The notes below the pieces were generated by a model. That model had not been told where the DNA came from and searched no databases. It was given only the letters and a program-made list of their open reading frames with translations. The position numbers were made by a program, and so were the translations under genes. Of a stretch of DNA of 64,000 bases, positions 58,101 through 64,000 are shown piece by piece (positions within the stretch are counted from its first letter, which is position 1; every line of letters begins with the position of its first letter). The stretch is from a virus. The stretch spans positions 5,772-69,771 of IMG/VR virus record IMGVR_UViG_3300044624_001994; one strand, given 5' to 3'.

Positions 58101-60037
58101 CCATACCCTGGTTCTGATGATAAATCAAATATATTCCCAGCTAATGTTAAATCAAGAGTTCTTTCGTATTGGGCCTCACCTGCTAATAATGAACCTGCAC
58201 AATCAATAACTGGAGCAGATGTTCTTTGCCATGCTATTCCATTATTCAAATTGTATATTTCACCTTTTGAATCATCAAATCTACATCTCCAATTAGCAAC
58301 ACGCATAACATATATACCTCTTGGTACATTTTTTATTTCAAATTCACCGGTAGGCGTAACAACTGCTGGAACATCAAATGATTCAGATATTCCATAGAAG
58401 GATGTTCCTGCAAGATAAACAACAAATCCATTTATTACTAATTCATTTGGGTCTGCAGGAACTAATGTAGAAATCTGCCTACTTCTAAAATACCCATCAT
58501 TATGCATGTTGGCAAAATAGTTTAATTCAATCTTACCTTTTATGTTCACATAGCATTGGTCATCAGGAGTAGTATCGAAATCCCATTTCAATTCAATACA
58601 GTCAGGATTGTCATAGTTTTCAAGGTTAGCGCCATAGTAAAGTCTATTGTTACCATCCCTGTCTGAAACAGTTTCCATTGTTCCAGATATTCTTGGCAAT
58701 GAATCGAATAGTTTTAACGCTTGTGTTTGTCCGCTTGCAACAACATCATCACTGGCAACAACAGAATACATTTTATCATTTCTGAAATTATATATCTGCT
58801 TGTTAATGCCTATTTCACAAATATCCATAACATCAATTGAACGGAACACACCATCGTTACCTTCTCTAAATGCTATTTCTACTTTTCGAATTATATTTAA
58901 ACTATCGGGATCGTTTAACCTTTCGTCTGTATAATCAATTTCGATAGTGTTTAGATTGACCAAAAATTCTCCTGCCTTGTCAATAGGTAATGCAATCAAT
59001 GTAATTGGCCCCCACGCAGACTTTTCTCCATCATCGTACCAATACCTCAACCTGAACTGAAAGATTGTCTGATTGACATTATTTGCAGGATAATTGGTAT
59101 CAACTTTATAGATTGGAAATGCCTCACATCTTGGAGGATATTTTAGCACTTCAATATGTTCTTCTCTTATTACATCAGGATAATGATTTGTCCTTACAAA
59201 TAATATGTTTTTGTCCGGTGTTGGAGGAGCAGTTTCATATATTTCTAAGTACGTTGATGCATCATTCATTACAATTGAAATTCTGCATTGGTCACAATAT
59301 TCAGCTACTAACCATTTTGACAAAAAATTTAATTGTATTGTAAGCTGATTTAAAAATCCATAAGGGTCATTTACAAATGCATTTAATAATGCAGATGGTA
59401 CTGTTGTACCATTTATTATAGCACCTGTTGCTCTATCTCTTATTTCTACTACAACTGAATTACCATCTACTAATGATGTAGCAAATTGATTTTGTCCAGG
59501 CAAACCAGCTATTACTTCGTACTCTAAAGGCTTATTGGTTATATTCGATTTAACGGCATTTATTTTTCTTGGGGGATTACCTTCAATGGAATTACTTTCT
59601 GAAAAAGAATCAACCCAATATAAATACCTATCATCTATGTATCTTGCATGACTAATTTTCCAATCTAAATTAAAATTTAATGCTTGGCCTTGCATTACTA
59701 ATTCAATGCTGCCATTAACATTTGGACTTAAATTGTCGTTTGGATTAAATTTGTAAATAGCATGATTGCTTTTACTGTTATAGACAAAGTAATAAATTAC
59801 TCCATTTCTTTTATCCTCACATGCACCAATGACTACATTGTTACCAGACAATGGTAAAAATGGATTGAATATTTCAACTTGACCAGGCGCATTTGTCATT
59901 GCACCGGGCAATGCACCAGCAGTGTTTAATACATTGTATGCCTCTATATAGTCTTGTGGATTTATAAAGTGCAAATCATCATCAAGGTTCATACCACCGA
60001 CAAATACATTAGGCCGGTTAAGATGTTCTTCTTGCAT
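55190..60037 (-). CDS. Tail stabilisation/nozzle-like protein (crAss-like podovirus type)
   Basis: 1615 aa, beta-rich; FVGGMNLDDD N-terminus, YYGANLENYD, GIVYEDRGNR, YGTHNPES, HCNFFGSQY. Confidence 0.7.
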   Translation of the reverse strand: MQEEHLNRPNVFVGGMNLDDDLHFINPQDYIEAYNVLNTAGALPGAMTNAPGQVEIFNPFLPLSGNNVVIGACEDKRNGVIYYFVYNSKSNHAIYKFNPNDNLSPNVNGSIELVMQGQALNFNLDWKISHARYIDDRYLYWVDSFSESNSIEGNPPRKINAVKSNITNKPLEYEVIAGLPGQNQFATSLVDGNSVVVEIRDRATGAIINGTTVPSALLNAFVNDPYGFLNQLTIQLNFLSKWLVAEYCDQCRISIVMNDASTYLEIYETAPPTPDKNILFVRTNHYPDVIREEHIEVLKYPPRCEAFPIYKVDTNYPANNVNQTIFQFRLRYWYDDGEKSAWGPITLIALPIDKAGEFLVNLNTIEIDYTDERLNDPDSLNIIRKVEIAFREGNDGVFRSIDVMDICEIGINKQIYNFRNDKMYSVVASDDVVASGQTQALKLFDSLPRISGTMETVSDRDGNNRLYYGANLENYDNPDCIELKWDFDTTPDDQCYVNIKGKIELNYFANMHNDGYFRSRQISTLVPADPNELVINGFVVYLAGTSFYGISESFDVPAVVTPTGEFEIKNVPRGIYVMRVANWRCRFDDSKGEIYNLNNGIAWQRTSAPVIDCAGSLLAGEAQYERTLDLTLAGNIFDLSSEPGYGPILIQNWEIGVTSDAVPFNNAYAGCEFYYLDANGNASTNSIRRGAIGVERQNIFLQGWNGSLLFQWVPLGNYLDGVTIDFSLSSNLVTDHNGYGWTLWLTAMFDPFFINQDLSDIKETRIAVRDACANTTRNLQWAGASPPDTGLVMYNNGLEALWTNTDVDSNGDGLTNFRLNLATQVIIYNVDKVVTTKNKTIIEGNIEENNGTPLKNVLVWYQRNGRPQFTDILGGYSITIYCPYDFDYRNDDNLISTYPTDNCYDYPPNIQSQTPDVSNFCSSPYDSTNPYTATTIVYPINGAIVQLDRYLKRGGVYRTGIVYEDRGNRKATVAEGDVLRIPYFTETGVGFTRASPVWTIYSQPPEWATHYRVVLTKDSYYRRYLQWIINSVEYSIISSVEATPVPTSFSSGDATHVMLELSGLIVDDVPTSNSVEWFFFGTNLNGFSAQPKDRIRFILDDTGTLVINTGIYDFEIVGIYRDGLKYYLVIETPEIFREIKAGWLIEAYTPQKNEEVVFFEMGECHKILDAGLPTRRHAGTLQNQIVGVQPAEGFLAGGDTYWRVKNYSVGDTVTFNYQVENASITDRFDSEFSDIGRPNVKDDDFGERFYFNRIRLSGIYIPDSKINGLSAYKSIDFQSLDLKYGTIMKMIAADNVLLCVCQNKTQPIYVGKDRILDLTGAGSIGRSDQILNIADELKFDYGTHNPESVIEQDGYVYGLDLYQGIVWRYATNGQYSISDYKAKRYFNNIGRELFPVNRKLTRVYGYFHREYGMYGMSFMPNDLFEEGMNIEFAEGKNRWNNFNDYVGEWHQAVGDKLVSFKDGILWLHNGIGSVHCNFFGSQYNAKVKFVSNNGPRAVKNWWNLQIQADHQWSAPYIYAPKSYSYPNGMLSELAPSHFSVEEGIWKADFLRDKTDPDPRFNSIPNLTEREIRKLLNGRVLRGEILIIELELVNSSQFSVLRRVDVEHTLSMDTKA

Positions 60038-60040
60038 TTT

Positions 60041-60886
60041 TTATCTTTTTGGAGATGATTTATATGTTCCTCTAAGTGCTGCTACATAATCCTCTAAGGT
60101 ATATGTTTCATACGTTTTCTTCAACAATCTGTAATGTATTTTAAATTGTTGAAATTCTCGTTCTGCTGCACCAGGATTCTTATCAGCTTTAACCATAGCT
60201 GCTGTTTTATACATAAGCACAGGAACAGCTTTTTTGGGAATTAAATCGTATTGGTCATCTGATAATGCAGCATTGTATTCAATGACTATTTCTGCACCCG
60301 GATATACATCTGTGCCATCACCCATGATTAGTCTATTGTTACGTTCATCCATTCGATACGTTCCCGATCTCCACATCTTCGGTGTCATGCCATACAAGTA
60401 ATTTACAAAAGGACCACTAAGGCCTAAATATCTTTCTGTAAAAGAATCGATACTTTGGTCGCAATTTACATTGTGAAACGTACAAGATGCACAGCAAGCA
60501 GTAGGCGTTGTTGGTGTCGCAAGTTCATTTTCGCATTCACAACAATCAAATACTGGTTCCTGCCCCGGTATGCATCTGTCATCCTGCCTTCCTATAAGTC
60601 TAATCCTACCATCATCGCAACATACTCCTACTTTACTCAATGTTTGGAAGTCTTGTGGCAAATCTAATGTCATGTTATCATTAACTTCTAACACAACTGA
60701 TTTTATAGCTTTTGGTATAAGATACAAGTGCAATTCCTGTACAGCTAATCTTAAAAACCTTGATACCTTTACATATAGTGTTTTGGCTTCGTCATCGCCC
60801 AAATACGCACATATATCCCTGACCGTATGGTCATAGGTCTGAAATGAAATTGGGTCTTGCCTTGGGCTATTGTGCATGTTTAACAT
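60041..60886 (-). CDS. Tail ring/adaptor-like structural protein with Cys-rich insert
   Basis: LDLPQDF, IVIEYNA; position in the tail module. Confidence 0.55.
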   Translation of the reverse strand: MLNMHNSPRQDPISFQTYDHTVRDICAYLGDDEAKTLYVKVSRFLRLAVQELHLYLIPKAIKSVVLEVNDNMTLDLPQDFQTLSKVGVCCDDGRIRLIGRQDDRCIPGQEPVFDCCECENELATPTTPTACCASCTFHNVNCDQSIDSFTERYLGLSGPFVNYLYGMTPKMWRSGTYRMDERNNRLIMGDGTDVYPGAEIVIEYNAALSDDQYDLIPKKAVPVLMYKTAAMVKADKNPGAAEREFQQFKIHYRLLKKTYETYTLEDYVAALRGTYKSSPKR

Positions 60887-60892
60887 AAGCTA

Positions 60893-61564
60893 TTATCTTA
60901 TTGGGTTTTTTTGAATATTTATTGGCGTACTGCCATCTGAATTGTTGTTTCTCAAATCTTCTGGTATTGATTTTTCTCCGCTAAACCATTGCTGCAAAAT
61001 TTGTAAAACTTCAAATTCTGTTCCTGATGGAACTGGTATTTCATCATTAGGCCCTAAGTCATTTGCAGAAACAACTGATTTTAGAATTACTTTTTTAATT
61101 GAACTTGGAATGTTTTTAAAAAACACTCGCTGCGTTTCGCCTAATCGCTCAAACCAATATCTCGTAATATCCCTTAACACATGTTCAATTCCAACATCTT
61201 CAAATTGTCCTTTTAGCTTTTTAAATTCTCTGTAACCAGCCATTGGCGCAATGGTATCTATACCTCTGTTGCCTGGCAAAGGAACTACTCTTACTGTTGG
61301 CTGAATATAGAACAATTCTCTTTCTTCGTCATACAAAACATCTAAATAAAATGTTCCTAAGAAATCTACATCAATGCCAGTAGAGTTTCCACCATACTCC
61401 TGCATAGATTCTTGTCGGCGTATTCTTGATTCTTTCAGCACGACAAAATTTACAGCAGCTGCAAGCATTGCTGATATATCTTCACGCTTTATGTTTATGT
61501 CTGGATTTAATTGGCCTCCTGTTATATACAGATAAACCAATTCAACCATTTCGCCTTTAGTCAT
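60893..61564 (-). CDS. Tail ring/adaptor-like structural protein
   Basis: 223 aa in the tail module. Confidence 0.5.
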   Translation of the reverse strand: MTKGEMVELVYLYITGGQLNPDINIKREDISAMLAAAVNFVVLKESRIRRQESMQEYGGNSTGIDVDFLGTFYLDVLYDEERELFYIQPTVRVVPLPGNRGIDTIAPMAGYREFKKLKGQFEDVGIEHVLRDITRYWFERLGETQRVFFKNIPSSIKKVILKSVVSANDLGPNDEIPVPSGTEFEVLQILQQWFSGEKSIPEDLRNNNSDGSTPINIQKNPIR

Positions 61565-61566
61565 GA

Positions 61567-62262
61567 CTATATAACTTTTTGGTTTTTAAATGCATTCTTT
61601 TGTTGTACCCATGAAATTAAAGCAGTTTCACGCAATGCTATTCCTTTCATAAACAACAACAAATCAACAATATTATCTCTGTCCTGGTCAAGCCATTCAA
61701 GATTTATTGATGTTAATGGGTCATAAACTTCAATTCTATTTACAACATCAACCGTTGTAGCGTATTCCGCTTGTATTGGTTTTCTAATGTACTTGAAATG
61801 AATATATCCAGTCAAATCCAATGGATATAACTGGATGTTATTGTTTATGAATGTATGCTTGTAAATTCCTTTAGCTTTACTTGGCTTTCGAATAGGCGAT
61901 GACAATGTTTCCATTACTTCGTTTGCTGCCAAATAGTGACACGGAGATGGCTTTATTGTTGGCTCGTTTTGTCCGCAATCAGGATTGTTTATTTCAAGAT
62001 AACCAACTTCCAGTCTGTGCCTGTAATCGTTAGGAAATGCAACCTGCGCTCCGGGGCCAATTATTAAATTGCTTTGCTTTAGAAATGGCATTAAACTATC
62101 AACTATAATTTGTCCTTCTTCAAACAACTTATAGTAGTATCTCATTAACATATCTTGACATTGATTTAAATGCCGGTTAAACTCCTCTGAAGAAGTGTAA
62201 CCGGCATTGTTTTTTCTTGTCAAGTCATTAACGGCCTCAAAAATGTATTGAACATTAATCAC
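61567..62262 (-). CDS. Tail ring/adaptor-like structural protein
   Basis: KNNAGYTSSEEFN, FPNDY, YIRKP. Confidence 0.6.
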   Translation of the reverse strand: MINVQYIFEAVNDLTRKNNAGYTSSEEFNRHLNQCQDMLMRYYYKLFEEGQIIVDSLMPFLKQSNLIIGPGAQVAFPNDYRHRLEVGYLEINNPDCGQNEPTIKPSPCHYLAANEVMETLSSPIRKPSKAKGIYKHTFINNNIQLYPLDLTGYIHFKYIRKPIQAEYATTVDVVNRIEVYDPLTSINLEWLDQDRDNIVDLLLFMKGIALRETALISWVQQKNAFKNQKVI

Positions 62263-62266
62263 GACA

Positions 62267-64000
62267 TTATATTTTGAATTTGGTTACTATAAAATGTTTC
62301 CACGTTGATACATGATCGCCCATGCCTAAATCAAAAATCAATGTTAAAGGTTGAGCTATTGACCAATCAATTGTACCTGTACTATTTTGATGCAATGCTT
62401 CAATAAATACTCCAGTAGACAATTCATATATTTCACTTGTAAATGCACAATAAAAAGAAGTCGCTCCTGTTCTGACTATCCTACCTTTTAATGTTTGCTT
62501 GTACGTTTCATTTGCTGTATGCTGAAACAAAGGAAATCCTGACACACTAAATACTGGATTATCGCCAGTCGTTCCTTGTACTGTCAATAGACAATCTATA
62601 TCAATGTAATCTCCAGTGCTTTTTAATGTATTTAATGGCATATTATATGTCAATACTGGCGTTCCACCTGCACCATCATCATTATAATTAGCATTTGTTG
62701 GATTATCATTAAAATACAAAACATTTGTAACTGGACTATAATCGCATGCGCCATTTACAGGATTTACCAATGTCAAAACATCGCCCGGTTGAGCAGTTGA
62801 TGATATTGTGTTTGGTGTTCTAATTCTTAGACCTAACGCTCCTTCTATTTCAAGCAAAACAGATGCAACAAGTTCCAAATTATTAAAATCTAACAATCCG
62901 CTACCACTTTGCAATGTAATGCTTGTAAGCGCATCAAGTAAAATATTCCCACTTGTAGATTGTAAATTAAGATCATTTAAAGCATTTAAAATTATGCTTT
63001 TCATTCCCTGCAATTCAAAATCATAAACACCAGCAGCTGATATTGATGTATCTTGCGATAAAATACCTCCAAGTCTAAAGTCACTGGTTGCTCCAGGTAC
63101 TAACGTAATACCATTTGATGCAGTATATACATTTGATAAAATTGCCAAAAACGAAGGGTCAAGACTAATTGTTGCTGTCAATCCAGCTTGATTTACTACA
63201 ATCGGATATATGCCAACAATATCCGTTACAGCACCTGAGCCTCCACACGAAGGAGATACTGCTATTGGTTGGTCACCATTGCCTTCCGAACATCCACAAT
63301 CGCACCCAATCAAAGCAATTAGCTTCTTGTAAATGTCATATACCTTAGTGTAATTTCCGCAATTTCGATACAATTCTAAAAGTGTAATTAATTGTTGCAC
63401 TTGATAAATTGTATCTCTTTCATAGACTGGCAAGTTAGGCCATCCACCAACTCTTGATGCTTTTGATTCTAATGCTGCCATTGTTTTTGCAAGACACTCA
63501 ACCAATGCACACAAATTAAAGTCACAAGCTATTTTTTCGCTGTATGAAGCAAGTAAATTCTCAATGACTACAATAGTGCCATCTCCATTTGTATGCTCGT
63601 ATTCGGCTTCTAAATTGACTATGTAGGTTACATTTGAATAATCAAATCCAAGTGTTATTGTAGCATCTGTTGTGACAACAGGTGTCGGCGTTGGCTGTCC
63701 GGGAATGGTCGGTATAACTACCGTAAGTATTCTTGAATTTAGAGTTACATCATAGCCAGCTAAACTGTAAACAGTATTGTCGGTTGCTGTCAATTGATAA
63801 CAGAAACAATTTACATCAATGTTTAATTTAGGAACAATTTTGCAACTTGCAATACTGCCTTCTTTTAATACATTGAGATTTATTGTTGATGTAACTTCCG
63901 AATATACGCCTGGAATTGTGACATCTTCAATAAAATACTTTAGGATGTATGTGCCTTCTAAGGTATTTCCATTAGAATCTAACGGAAGATTCACCAAAGG
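62267..64000 (-). CDS. Structural protein (5' end beyond the right edge)
   Basis: Frame stays open to position 64000; Cys-rich CDCGC linker then beta-rich fibre-like region. Confidence 0.6.
   Translation of the reverse strand, partial: PLVNLPLDSNGNTLEGTYILKYFIEDVTIPGVYSEVTSTINLNVLKEGSIASCKIVPKLNIDVNCFCYQLTATDNTVYSLAGYDVTLNSRILTVVIPTIPGQPTPTPVVTTDATITLGFDYSNVTYIVNLEAEYEHTNGDGTIVVIENLLASYSEKIACDFNLCALVECLAKTMAALESKASRVGGWPNLPVYERDTIYQVQQLITLLELYRNCGNYTKVYDIYKKLIALIGCDCGCSEGNGDQPIAVSPSCGGSGAVTDIVGIYPIVVNQAGLTATISLDPSFLAILSNVYTASNGITLVPGATSDFRLGGILSQDTSISAAGVYDFELQGMKSIILNALNDLNLQSTSGNILLDALTSITLQSGSGLLDFNNLELVASVLLEIEGALGLRIRTPNTISSTAQPGDVLTLVNPVNGACDYSPVTNVLYFNDNPTNANYNDDGAGGTPVLTYNMPLNTLKSTGDYIDIDCLLTVQGTTGDNPVFSVSGFPLFQHTANETYKQTLKGRIVRTGATSFYCAFTSEIYELSTGVFIEALHQNSTGTIDWSIAQPLTLIFDLGMGDHVSTWKHFIVTKFKI

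Noticed and set aside
661-63026. Numerous short ORFs antisense to or nested in long genes (e.g. 661-882, 6570-7211, 46150-46584)
   Set aside because: Shadow ORFs overlapping well-supported genes, with no recognisable motifs.
1-64000. Stop-codon reassignment as in some crAss-like phages
   Set aside because: Genes are full length and densely packed under the standard code, and TAG/TGA occur as genuine stops.

Overview
The whole window is part of a tailed bacteriophage genome of the Bacteroidota-infecting, podovirus-like (crAss/Cellulophaga-phage-related) type: AT-rich, standard genetic code, no Shine-Dalgarno motifs, TAnnTTTG promoters. Minus strand 1-10.9 kb: portal, terminase, a GroEL/GroES-like chaperonin set and small ORFs. 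A GC-rich divergence point lies at ~11.1 kb. Plus strand 11.5-19.7 kb: an early/accessory gene block including RadC/JAB and a DNA pol III beta clamp. Minus strand 19.7-31.5 kb: three peptidoglycan hydrolases, an anticodon-domain-less class II aaRS homolog and replication genes. Minus strand 31.6-64 kb: holin-like, tail fibre, a 5092-aa polyvalent ParB-like/SF2-helicase/peptidase protein and tail structural genes. The standout observation is that the plus-strand block is punctuated by ten copies of a 44-45 nt structured repeat. Each copy begins in the TAA stop of the preceding gene, shows a double compensatory base-pair change, and mostly lies ~33-39 nt before the next ATG. A tRNA-like cloverleaf occupies the same slot ahead of the first gene. 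This suggests a tRNA-mimic punctuation or integron-cassette-like gene array. All product calls come from motif recognition by eye; no database searches were run.
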